Positions 11,189 through 20,421 of a stretch of 61,107 nt of DNA are shown in pieces. The notes beneath the pieces are model-generated. The model had not been told where the DNA came from, made no database searches, and saw nothing but the letters and a program-made list of their open reading frames with translations. The stretch is taken from the sequence record SRR20825019_2850; one strand, 5' to 3'. Each line of letters begins with the position of its first letter. Within the stretch, counting starts at the first letter, position 1. The position numbers and the translations under genes are program-made.

Positions 11189-13336
11189 ATGGTTTACGCT
11201 CGGAAAAGCGAAGATTGCAATCGGCACGTCATGCATGCGCTCCTGCTCGGCACTGCCATGGCGAGCGTTGTTGCGCTTTCGGACACGGCACAGGCCCAGC
11301 AAGCAGGCAACGAGCCGGTTGTTCTCGACAGCATCGTGGTCGAAGGCGATCCGGGCGTGGTCACGGAAGATACCGGCTCTTATGCAACCAACCGGTCAAC
11401 GGTCGGCTACAAGCAGCCAACGGATATCCGCAAGATCCCGCAGACCGTCAACATCCTGACCCGGCAACGGCTGGACGACCAGAACGTGACCTCGCTGGAA
11501 GAAGCCGGCTACCTGCTGCCGAACGTGACCACGGCAACCGGCAACGGCTTCGACGGCTCACTCTACTCCCGCGGTCACGAGGTTTTCACCTACAATGTCG
11601 ATGGCGCGCCGCGGCCGTTCCTCAGCCTTTACGGCACAGCCCCTGACCTCGTCTTCTTTGACCGTGTCGAGGTGCTATCCGGGCCCTCCGGCGTGTTCCA
11701 GGGCTCGGGTGAGCCGGTCGGCACCGTCAATCTCGTGCGCAAACGGCCGACCGGCCAGAATGCCGGACGGGTAACCGGCATCACCGGCACGGACGATCAT
11801 TTCCGTGGCGAGGCCGACCTGCAGGCAGCCACCGGCGACAACAAGCAGCTGCGCGGCCGGATCATCGGCTATGGCTACACCAAGGGCTCCTATCTCGACA
11901 TTGCCGAACAGGAAAAAGGCGGCGGATACGGGAGCTTCGAATATGACGTGACGGACCGGCTGACGCTTTCCTTCGGCGGCATCCACGAAAGCGAGGACAC
12001 GGTCTCGATGAGCGGCCAGCCGACCTATTCGGACGGCACCCTGCTGAACGTTCCGGTCGAGACCTTCTTCGGCGCGCCCTGGGGACAGCGCGAGATCAAC
12101 ACCGCCGAGGGCTTTGCCGAAGCCGAATATGCCTTCGACAATGGCGGCGTCTTCAAACTGACGAGCCGGATCTACAATAGGGATACCGACATCAAGAACG
12201 CCCTGGCCTCGACCTCGGTCGACCCGGCCACCGGCAATTTCGACATGTTCGTCTTTGCCCGCCGGTACGACGAGGTGTCTTCCTATGTCGATGCGAACTA
12301 TTCCGCCCCGTTCAGCTTCTTCGGACGGCGCAGCGAGTTCTCGGTTGGCACCGATTACCGGCGCTCCGAGCAGGACATGAAGCAGAATTTCGACTTCTCG
12401 CTCGGCACGCAGAACATCAATACATTCAATCCCTACAGCCTGGTCGAGCCCGACATTACCTATCCGGGCGTCGGCCCCGGCTTCCGCCTGAACACGGAGA
12501 CCGAGAACAACGAATATGGCGGCTACGGTTATACCCGCCTGCAGGTCTATGACGGCCTCAACCTGACGCTTGGCGGCCGCTATGCGAACTATGACAGCGA
12601 TACGCTGGATACCGGCCGCTCCATCAAGACCAGCATCTCCGAGAACGAGTTCGTGCCGATGGTCGGCCTCAGCTACGACATCCTGCCGGAAGCAACGGTC
12701 TATACGAGCTATTCGGAGATCTTCCAGCCGCAGAACGAACAGAGAGCCGACGGCTCCCAGCTTGAGCCGGTACGCGGGCGCCAGATCGAGGTCGGCACGA
12801 AAGTCTCGCTGTTCGACGGCTTCCTGAACGGCCAGGCCTCCGTCTACTGGCTACAGGACGAGAACCGGGCGGTCAGTGACCCGAACAATGCGGGATCCTT
12901 CATCGCCTCCCAGGAAGAAGACACGCACGGCTTCGAGCTGTCGATTGCCGGCAGCCCCTATCCGGGCTTTGAGCTGAGTGCCGGATACAGCTATGTCGAC
13001 ACGGACCTCGAAACCGACCCGACACCGGCCCATAGCGGCGTGGTCTGGGGCCGCTATACCATCCTCGACGGCGCTCTGGAGAATCTCTATATCGGCGCCG
13101 GCGTGCAGGCGGTCGGTGAGTTCGAAGCTGTCAGTAACGGCGTGAAAATCGACGCGCCAGGCTATACGGTCGTGAATGCAGCGGCCGGATATCCGATCAA
13201 CGAGAACTTTGAAGTCGGCCTGTTCGTTAAAAATCTGCTAGATCATGAGTATGTTGAGCGTGTGAATACGACGGAACGCGGCGTCTTTTACGGCGAACCG
13301 CTGACCGCGACGCTCAGGCTTACGGGCAGATTTTAA
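11189..13336 (+). CDS. TonB-dependent siderophore receptor (FptA/FhuE-like)
   Basis: TonB box-like LDSIVV, plug IPQTVNILTRQ, DRVEVLSGP..G..GTVNLVRKRP, C-terminal Phe. Confidence 0.92.
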   Translation: MVYARKSEDCNRHVMHALLLGTAMASVVALSDTAQAQQAGNEPVVLDSIVVEGDPGVVTEDTGSYATNRSTVGYKQPTDIRKIPQTVNILTRQRLDDQNVTSLEEAGYLLPNVTTATGNGFDGSLYSRGHEVFTYNVDGAPRPFLSLYGTAPDLVFFDRVEVLSGPSGVFQGSGEPVGTVNLVRKRPTGQNAGRVTGITGTDDHFRGEADLQAATGDNKQLRGRIIGYGYTKGSYLDIAEQEKGGGYGSFEYDVTDRLTLSFGGIHESEDTVSMSGQPTYSDGTLLNVPVETFFGAPWGQREINTAEGFAEAEYAFDNGGVFKLTSRIYNRDTDIKNALASTSVDPATGNFDMFVFARRYDEVSSYVDANYSAPFSFFGRRSEFSVGTDYRRSEQDMKQNFDFSLGTQNINTFNPYSLVEPDITYPGVGPGFRLNTETENNEYGGYGYTRLQVYDGLNLTLGGRYANYDSDTLDTGRSIKTSISENEFVPMVGLSYDILPEATVYTSYSEIFQPQNEQRADGSQLEPVRGRQIEVGTKVSLFDGFLNGQASVYWLQDENRAVSDPNNAGSFIASQEEDTHGFELSIAGSPYPGFELSAGYSYVDTDLETDPTPAHSGVVWGRYTILDGALENLYIGAGVQAVGEFEAVSNGVKIDAPGYTVVNAAAGYPINENFEVGLFVKNLLDHEYVERVNTTERGVFYGEPLTATLRLTGRF

Positions 13337-13345
13337 GGGCAATGA

Positions 13346-14512
13346 ATGCCGGGAAAAACACGCTCCCTTTTGGGGACACTGGTTATCGCGGCGGCTCTCT
13401 TGGTCGGTGCCGCCGCCCCGGCGGATGCCATACGGATATACGATCTCAAGGGACGGCTTGTCATACTGGACAAACCGGTCGGGAAAGTCCTGCTTGGAAA
13501 GGGGCGTTTTCTCACGGCCCTCGCTCTGCTGACCAAGGACCCGGTCTCCCGCGTTGCTGGCATGTTCCCGGATTTCGCGACCCTGGACCCGGACGGATTT
13601 GCACATTTCGCCGAGGCATACCCCGCCCTGACAGACATTCCGACCTTTGGCGCTCCCGGCGCCGGGAGCCTCACTCTGGAAAGCGCCTTGGCCCTTAAAC
13701 CCGACGCCGCGATCCTCGGCCTTGGCGGGCATGGCCTGAACGCTTCGTCGGAGCAGGCGATTGAAGCGCTCACAGCCGCCGGCGTGCCAGTCATCTTCAT
13801 CGATTTCCGCAACAACCCGATCGTCAACACCCAGCACAGCATGCGCGTTCTGGGTCAGGCCTTCGGCTTGCAGGCGGAAGCGGAAGATTTTGTAAAATTC
13901 TACAGCAGGGAAGTCTCCAGGGTGACCGACCGGATGGTCCTCTATTCCGGCCCGCGGCCGACCGTCTTCCTGGATATCAAGGCCGGCTTGACCCGCGAAT
14001 GCTGTTTCACCGTCGCCAACGGCATGCTCTCCACCCTGATCGACGTGGCCGGCGGACGTAACATCGCGAAATCGGCTCTGCCGGATATAGCGGGCCCGCT
14101 GAAGCCTGAATTCATCATCGCCAACAATCCCGATGTCTATATCGGCACCGCCGTTGGCTCCCGCAGCCGGGGCTGGACACCGGGCGGGCCGATTGTGCTC
14201 GGAGCCGGGATTGACACGGTTCTGGCCCGCCGCTCCCTGATCAGCGCGACGCTGCGCCCGGACATCGCGTCGCTGGGCGCCATCGACACCGGCAGGACCT
14301 ACGGCATCTGGCACCATTTCACCAATTCGCCGATGAACGTCTACGCCCTGCAAAAGTTCGCGACCTGGCTGCATCCGGAATTGTTTCCGGATCTCGATCC
14401 GGAAAAGACCAGGGCCGCGTTGATGAGCCGCCTGCTGCCTGCGAAGATGGACGGCATCTACGCCATCGGCACCCTGCCCTTCACAGAGAACAACTCAGAA
14501 CCAAATCAATAA
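13346..14512 (+). CDS. Iron-siderophore ABC-type periplasmic binding protein
   Basis: Signal peptide, ESALALKPD, EFIIANNPDVYI, FATWLHPELF.DLDP. Confidence 0.8.
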   Translation: MPGKTRSLLGTLVIAAALLVGAAAPADAIRIYDLKGRLVILDKPVGKVLLGKGRFLTALALLTKDPVSRVAGMFPDFATLDPDGFAHFAEAYPALTDIPTFGAPGAGSLTLESALALKPDAAILGLGGHGLNASSEQAIEALTAAGVPVIFIDFRNNPIVNTQHSMRVLGQAFGLQAEAEDFVKFYSREVSRVTDRMVLYSGPRPTVFLDIKAGLTRECCFTVANGMLSTLIDVAGGRNIAKSALPDIAGPLKPEFIIANNPDVYIGTAVGSRSRGWTPGGPIVLGAGIDTVLARRSLISATLRPDIASLGAIDTGRTYGIWHHFTNSPMNVYALQKFATWLHPELFPDLDPEKTRAALMSRLLPAKMDGIYAIGTLPFTENNSEPNQ

Positions 14513-14525
14513 CCTGGAGAGAATA

Positions 14526-14840
14526 ATGCATTCCGCCTATGCCACCGTCCGCTCGGAAAAAGCCGGCCGTTATCTGGTCCAGCTCTGCAAGCATTTCGCC
14601 CACAAGATCCCGGCAACCTGGGACGAGACAGAGGGCGAAGAAACGAAAGGCCATGCCGATTTCGGGATCGGCACCTGCGCCATGACGGCGAAGGACGGCG
14701 CGCTACTGCTTGCCTGCAATGCCCCAGACGCGGAAGGCCTCGGCAAGGTCAAATATGTGGTGGAAGACCACGTGGTCCGGTTTGCCTGGAAGGAAGAGCT
14801 GAAGATCGACTGGCAGGACGGCCCCGCCGCTACCGCCTGA
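14526..14840 (+). CDS. DUF2218 family protein (iron-uptake associated)
   Basis: RYLVQLCKHFAHK and HVVRFA motifs; GGAG RBS. Confidence 0.8.
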   Translation: MHSAYATVRSEKAGRYLVQLCKHFAHKIPATWDETEGEETKGHADFGIGTCAMTAKDGALLLACNAPDAEGLGKVKYVVEDHVVRFAWKEELKIDWQDGPAATA

Positions 14841-14856
14841 ACGGCCCAAACCGGCC

Positions 14857-15495
14857 TCAGGTCAGCTCTTTCACGCCGCCCGGCGTCTCGATTTCCGCCC
14901 GGTAGCGGAAGGTTGGTCCCTGGAGGATTGCGGGCGGCGTGCCAATGGAAAGGTCGCGATACAGCGCCTCGATTCTGGCGGGGTTCGGGTGTTCAAGGGT
15001 GAACGACCGCAGCCGCGCCCCCAAATCCGGAATCTCCGCCATCGATGTGGGATCGCCCCGATGATCGATCAGCGAGGGCACCACGCCGTCGCGCGGCAGC
15101 GATCCATCTCCGGGAATGGAGAAGGCAAAAGCCGGGTCGGCAAACGGCAACGGAACCACGTCGCCGAAGACCGCGCCATGCGCCGCGACAACGGCATCAA
15201 TCCCCTCCACCGCGGCAACCCAGCCGCGCAACCGCCGCCCGTCCCTCCAGTCCGCCCGGACTTTCTCCTGATCATCCAACCCGAACCATCGCGCCCGCTC
15301 CGGCGCAACCCCGTCCGGATCGAGCGCCACGATCTCGAGATAGACATTCCCGCCAAGCTGAAGCCGGTGATTGTGCGTGCCCATATAGCTGTGGCGCGTC
15401 CCGAACGGCACGTCGAGGCCAAGACACGCCCGGACATGCGCCGCCCCTTCAGCAAGCGTCGGGGCGATGAGTGTGAGGTGGTCGAGCTTCAGCAT
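14857..15495 (-). CDS. VOC / glyoxalase-like protein
   Basis: LDHL, HSYMGTHN, YLEIVA motifs; GAGG/GGAG RBS. Confidence 0.8.
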   Translation of the reverse strand: MLKLDHLTLIAPTLAEGAAHVRACLGLDVPFGTRHSYMGTHNHRLQLGGNVYLEIVALDPDGVAPERARWFGLDDQEKVRADWRDGRRLRGWVAAVEGIDAVVAAHGAVFGDVVPLPFADPAFAFSIPGDGSLPRDGVVPSLIDHRGDPTSMAEIPDLGARLRSFTLEHPNPARIEALYRDLSIGTPPAILQGPTFRYRAEIETPGGVKELT

Positions 15496-15523
15496 ATGCC
15501 TGGGCTCCTCTCGATAAGATGTC

Positions 15524-15940
15524 CTAGATCGGCTTTGCGATCGCGAGAATGGCAATGATCAGCATGGCAAGCACAAGACCAGCGCCGGCGCCGGTCATGC
15601 CTTCCGTCAGCTTTCCGTCCCGCGCGGACCGTCGCAGCCGCCCCGACTGCAGGCCATGAAAGGCCGATACGGCAACGACGACGGCGAGCTTGACCATCAG
15701 CCAGGTCGACGGAAACCATTCCGCCCACACCGCCAGGGTAATACCGAATATCCAGGCCAGCAGCAAAGCCGGTGTCACGACCTGCCGGTCGAACCGGGCC
15801 AGAGCCGTGAGTGTTCCGGCCTGCTGATCCTGCGGTGAGCGCGCCACGGCAACCACCATACGATCCAGCGCCAGCATACCGCCGACAAGGAACACCACCG
15901 CAGTGACATGCGCGGCAACGAGAAACGGATAAAACTCCAT
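15524..15940 (-). CDS. CopD/HemJ-like (UPF0093) small membrane protein
   Basis: Four TM segments with H near N-terminus, WLMVKL, HG motif, C-terminal KP. Confidence 0.65.
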   Translation of the reverse strand: MEFYPFLVAAHVTAVVFLVGGMLALDRMVVAVARSPQDQQAGTLTALARFDRQVVTPALLLAWIFGITLAVWAEWFPSTWLMVKLAVVVAVSAFHGLQSGRLRRSARDGKLTEGMTGAGAGLVLAMLIIAILAIAKPI

Positions 15941-16302
15941 CAGCGCGACTCGGACTGCCCGCCGCTGAAGGTTCCGGCCCTGCGACGGAGCCAGGAAATG
16001 TTGAAATATCCAGCGAACGGCAGGAAGGCGACGAGGAACAGCCGGGCCGTGTCGCGCTTGCTCCATCCGCCGCCCGACGCGGTTTGCAGCGCCGTCCAGA
16101 TATAAGCCAGAAAGGCGAGGCCATGCACGGGGCCAAGGATCCGGGTTCCGAGCGGCCAGCCGTACAGATGCTTGGCAGGTACGGCGACACATACCAGAAC
16201 AACCAGTGTCGTCGCCTCGATGATCGACAGAATCTCCAGTCGCTTCAGCTGGCCCTGCTCAAGCGTGTCGGCCGAACGCGGGGGGATTGGCTGGTCAGTC
16301 AT
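15940..16302 (-). CDS. DUF3817 family membrane protein
   Basis: LGPVHGLAFLAY, AFLPF motifs; TGATG coupling to next gene. Confidence 0.75.
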   Translation of the reverse strand: MTDQPIPPRSADTLEQGQLKRLEILSIIEATTLVVLVCVAVPAKHLYGWPLGTRILGPVHGLAFLAYIWTALQTASGGGWSKRDTARLFLVAFLPFAGYFNISWLRRRAGTFSGGQSESR

Positions 16303-16402
16303 CGGCGTCCCTCCGGAAGCCGGGGCTGACGCAGATCGCGGGAGATCTTCCGGCCATTTCGAGAAAAGCCGGGGCAACGGGAGTAAACGACAGGGACATG
16401 GA

Positions 16403-17023
16403 TCACGTTTCCGGTTGTGTTTCGCCCGGCGCGGGCGCGGCCCGGTATCGCCAGATCAGGGCATCGACGGCATGGGCCGCGCGAGCATCCGCACTCTCGT
16501 CACGGATGAAACGGCTTGATGCATGGTGGCTGAGATAAATCCCGCAGAGCTCCCAGATGAATTGCTCCACATCGGTATCGGCCGACAGATGTCCCGCCGC
16601 CACCGCCTCGCGCACGAGCCGGCCCAGCACTGCCCGCCATTCCGCTTCGAGCCGCAGGGCATGATCGCGCACGTCGCTTTCGATATCGTCCAGCTCGAAC
16701 ACTGCTGCCGCCACGGGACAGCCGCCGCTGAGCCCGGCCCGGCGCGACCAGCCGAACCACAGCCCGGCAAGGGCCAGCAGACGCGGCAACCCAGCCGGTG
16801 CCAGCATCGCGGGCTGAAGCACCACACGCTCGGCCGCCCGCACGGTTTCGTCGAGCAGGTCGATCTGCAACTGCTCTTTCGAGCTGAAATGCGCAAAAAG
16901 CCCGCTTTTCGACAAACCCGACACCTCGGCAAGCCGCCCGATCGTCACGCCGGAAAGACCAAGCGCACTGACCTGATCGATTCCAGCTTTCAGAAGTTTC
17001 TGTTTGGTTTCATGCCTCTTCAT
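16403..17023 (-). CDS. TetR family regulator
   Basis: HTH GVTIGRLAEVSGLSKSGLFAHFSSKEQL; GGC motif. Confidence 0.9.
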   Translation of the reverse strand: MKRHETKQKLLKAGIDQVSALGLSGVTIGRLAEVSGLSKSGLFAHFSSKEQLQIDLLDETVRAAERVVLQPAMLAPAGLPRLLALAGLWFGWSRRAGLSGGCPVAAAVFELDDIESDVRDHALRLEAEWRAVLGRLVREAVAAGHLSADTDVEQFIWELCGIYLSHHASSRFIRDESADARAAHAVDALIWRYRAAPAPGETQPET

Positions 17024-17030
17024 GAAAAAT

Positions 17031-17051
17031 AAATACGAACGGTCGTTCTTT
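17031..17051. promoter_or_regulatory. Putative TetR operator
   Basis: Near-palindrome acgaacggtcgt in AT-rich flanks, 8 bp upstream of the tetR start. Confidence 0.5.
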
Positions 17052-17139
17052 TTTTCAAGAAAATTCGACGGGGACGACCGGATCGATGTTCCGCGTTTAA
17101 TTCGGCATGGCCTTCAGTGGGCTCGTTCAGCAGGCCAGG

Positions 17140-17760
17140 TCAGCGGGTCAGGGGACGGAGAGCATCCTTGCTTGGAAGGCTGTCGGCGACAGAGGCAATG
17201 GTGCCATAGGCATCCGACCAGGCAGCAAGCGCCGGATAACTCTCCCGCCAGTCCGGCACCAGCCCGTAGAACTGCATCATGCCGAGCGCCGCCACGACGC
17301 AGAGCGCATCGAAACTGATCGGCGGCGCGCCCGCCGGGGCTTTCAATATCGCGTTCAGATGGGCCAGACCACGCCTGACCTGAACATCAGCCACCTCCAA
17401 AAGGGACCGGGAACGCTCCCCCTCCTCGCGCCTCATCTCACGCGACCAGACCGTGACCACATCGAGCAAGGCGAGCGACTGCGCCTCCGCCGCGACGGCC
17501 TGCCAGTCGCCATAGGGCGCGACGGTCCGCCTGCCGGATTTCTCGTCCAGATAGGCGCAGATATGACGCGCTTCAGAGAGCACGAGATCACCGTCCACCA
17601 AGAGCGGAATGCGCCCCAGCGGAGAAACCGGGATGACCGGGCTGTCCGGAGTCCGCAACCCCACCCAATCGAGCTCCAGCGCCTCGCCCAACCCGCTCTC
17701 GATCGCGGTAATCCGGCAAATCCGGGCATAGGGCGAGTTCGGGGTGTAATAGAGCTTCAT
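17140..17760 (-). CDS. Glutathione S-transferase family protein
   Basis: MKLYYTPNSPYAR, SPLGRIPLL, SEARHICAYLD. Confidence 0.88.
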   Translation of the reverse strand: MKLYYTPNSPYARICRITAIESGLGEALELDWVGLRTPDSPVIPVSPLGRIPLLVDGDLVLSEARHICAYLDEKSGRRTVAPYGDWQAVAAEAQSLALLDVVTVWSREMRREEGERSRSLLEVADVQVRRGLAHLNAILKAPAGAPPISFDALCVVAALGMMQFYGLVPDWRESYPALAAWSDAYGTIASVADSLPSKDALRPLTR

Positions 17761-17879
17761 GGTGGCTGTTTCCTCACGGTTTTATTATTGGGCGCCACCC
17801 TAGCGCAGACCGTCCCCTGTGACAGGGACAAATGAGCGGGGGCGCCGGGTGGGGAGGTTACATGGCCGGGAAATACAAA

Positions 17880-17909
17880 GGCAGCTTTGGGTGGAGAGCG
17901 GTCATTCGC
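17880..17909 (+). repeat. Module-boundary repeat R1 (short form)
   Basis: ggcagctttgggtggagagcggtcattcgc; 23/30 identical by hand to 49595-49624. Confidence 0.65.
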
Positions 17910-18010
17910 ACGATGGTCGCAAAAGATTGGCTGCGCGACCCGAAACTACTATTCGTCGTCAGGCATATGTGTTCACTTTGAGTACACGGCATTGTTTGCT
18001 CCCTTGCGAC

Positions 18011-19053
18011 TAGACCGGTCCCCTGATTGATGGAGTCGATTTGAGATTCCCAAGTCAGTTTGTTTCTGATTCAACATGTAGGCTTGGATCGGAGGCCAGC
18101 ATCTCATGGTTCGAGCTTACTCCCTTGATCTACACGAGCGTGTTGTTGCGGCGCTTGGAGTTGACGACAGCTGTCGCGTGGTGGCGTCCCGGTTCAGTGT
18201 TTTGGTTGCGACGGTGGTCCGCCGGGGTCAGCGTCAGCGGGAGACCGGCTCGCCCGCACCGGGCAAGTATGGCGCGCATAAGCGCCATCGTGTTGAGCTG
18301 CACCGGAATCTGGCCCATCGACTGGTTGCCGCGCGGCCGGACCAGCCGGTAGGGGAGTTGCGGGAGGAACTTATGGCACACGGCATTGAGTTGAACCCGG
18401 AGTCGATCCGGCGCTTCCTCCATGCCGAAGCGCTTAGTTTCAAAAAAAAGCGCCTTCGCCACGGAGCAGGACCGGCCTGATATCTCTCGCCGCCGCGCCC
18501 GCTGGTGCCGCCATCAGAAAGGCATCGAGCGGAGCCGTCTGGTCTTCATTGATGAAACCTGGGCCAAGACCAACATGGCGCCCCTCCGGGGATGGGGCGA
18601 GCGCGGGGAGAGGTTGATCGGTAAGGTGCCGCATGACCGCTGACGAACCTATACCTTCATCGCCGCCTTGCGCAGCGACCGCGTGGACGCCCCTTTCCTG
18701 TTCGACGGGCCAATCAATGGTGAGCGTTTCCGCACCTGAGTCGAGCAGGCGCTGGTTCCAACCCTGAAGCCCGGCGATGTGGTGGTCCTGGACAATCTCG
18801 GCAGCCACAAAGGAAAAGCCGTCCGGCAAGCCATCAGGGACGCTGGCGCGCACCTGCTCTTCCTGCCCGCATACAGCCCCGATCAACCCTATCGAGCAGT
18901 TCTTCTCGAAGCTCAAACACTGGCTCAGACGCCAGAACATACGAAGCCCTGTGCAGCGCAATCGCCAATACCCTCGACGCTCTCCCGCCAGAAGAGTGCA
19001 CAAACTACATCCAAAACTCGGGGTATGATCCCATCAAATAGGGGAACGCTCTA
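18011..19053 (+). mobile_element. IS630 family insertion sequence, decayed
   Basis: cTAg at both ends; imperfect terminal IRs (tagaccggtcccctgattgatgg / ccatcaaataggggaacgctcta); transposase motifs present. Confidence 0.9.
18106..19028 (+). pseudogene. IS630 transposase pseudogene
   Basis: AYSLDL, FIDETW, VVLDNL, LPAYSPD..NPIE; slippery A8G at 18442-18450; in-frame TGA at 18641 and 18737; frameshift near 18884. Confidence 0.88.
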
Positions 19054-19270
19054 GAATCAACCATTTCCGTGAAAACTTAGAGCCCAGAACACAAATGCCC
19101 CCTGGGTCGGCATTCTCTTTGTCATTCTATAAGCCAAATCAAAATTCTCGCAATAATAGCTTAACAAAATCAAAACAATCTCTTTGCTTGTGAATAATTC
19201 GAATTTTTATGCATATTAAATTACGACAAATATTACTCACGTTTCAACCCTAACAACGGAGTACCTGACA

Positions 19271-20419
19271 GTGATTTCGAGCAAAAACATCGATAGAGAT
19301 CTGGTCATTTTGATCTTTGGATACGGTGTCCTCTCAGGTGCCGTCTTGGACCACCTCTCAAATCGCGGTTATCCTGCAGAAATCCACATCGCAGGACGAA
19401 GCCTCGAGAAACTTTGCCGGAGAGTGAATCTCGCGAGATATGCATCGGCGAACTTCGGGCATTTTCCAAAAATTTTCGAACATCAAAACGATATCTATGA
19501 CGTGGCCGCGACAGCCGAATTGATTGCGCAGGTCAAACCGGATCTGATCTTTAATGCTACCTCGCCACTCCCATGGTGGGCGATCAGCAAGCTTCCGAGC
19601 GATATAGCCAAGCTGGTAAACGACGCTGGAGGCGGGGCATGGACGCCAACTGATGCGGTTTTGCCCTATAAGCTGGCTCAAGCACTAAAACTTAGTGGCG
19701 AACAGGGGATCTTTGTAAACGGATCGTATGCTGACGTCGTCAACCCTGCCCTAAGGGGCATCGGTTTATCCCCATCGGTTGGTGTCGGTAACGTCGCCAA
19801 CGCGGTCCCTGGGCTACGTTACGCGATCGCGGATTTGTCTGGGCGGCCTGCGGATGAATTGATCGTCCGCTTCGTGGCGCACCATTTCATCAGTTTCTCA
19901 ATGCCAACACTCGGCCACACGAGTGGCGCCCCCTATAACCTTACAGCAGAATATCGCGGGCAGGATATTTCCGCAGAATTCAACCCTGAGGAAGCCTTCA
20001 CCTTGGTGGCCACCAGGTTTCGGCGCATTAAAGGTCTTGAGGGCCAGGCCGTTACAGCTTCCTCGGCCATGCAGGTGCTCGACGCAATAATCACCGACAG
20101 CGGCGCAAATTGTCATGCGCCTGGCCCGCTGGGATTGCCTGGTGGCTACCCAGTCAAATTAAACCGAAATGGCCCCGTACTGGATCTCCCACCCGGACTA
20201 ACCACAGAGGAAGCCGACCGGATCAACCGGGTTGGCCAGAAATGGGATGGGATCGATGAGATCGATCTCAACGGAAAAATCCACTTCACGCAAAAGTGCC
20301 AGGACATTATGCGATCGGTTTTCAAATTCGACTGCTCCGTGATGCCGATAAAAGAGTGCGAACAATGGGCCGCCGAACTTCTGATGAAGTTTGACGAAGT
20401 TCTTGAGAAGGCGGCGTAG
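19271..20419 (+). CDS. Saccharopine-dehydrogenase-like NAD(P)-binding oxidoreductase, substrate unknown
   Basis: N-terminal Rossmann IFGYGVL...IAGR, KPDLIFNA, GVGN, HAPGPLGLPGGYPV; GGAG RBS before GTG. Confidence 0.6.
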   Translation: MISSKNIDRDLVILIFGYGVLSGAVLDHLSNRGYPAEIHIAGRSLEKLCRRVNLARYASANFGHFPKIFEHQNDIYDVAATAELIAQVKPDLIFNATSPLPWWAISKLPSDIAKLVNDAGGGAWTPTDAVLPYKLAQALKLSGEQGIFVNGSYADVVNPALRGIGLSPSVGVGNVANAVPGLRYAIADLSGRPADELIVRFVAHHFISFSMPTLGHTSGAPYNLTAEYRGQDISAEFNPEEAFTLVATRFRRIKGLEGQAVTASSAMQVLDAIITDSGANCHAPGPLGLPGGYPVKLNRNGPVLDLPPGLTTEEADRINRVGQKWDGIDEIDLNGKIHFTQKCQDIMRSVFKFDCSVMPIKECEQWAAELLMKFDEVLEKAA

Positions 20420-20421
20420 CC

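Noticed and set aside
18641-18739. TGA recoding (Trp or Sec) in the IS630 transposase
   Set aside because: TGA is used as a normal stop throughout the window and the gene also has a frameshift, so decay is the simpler explanation.
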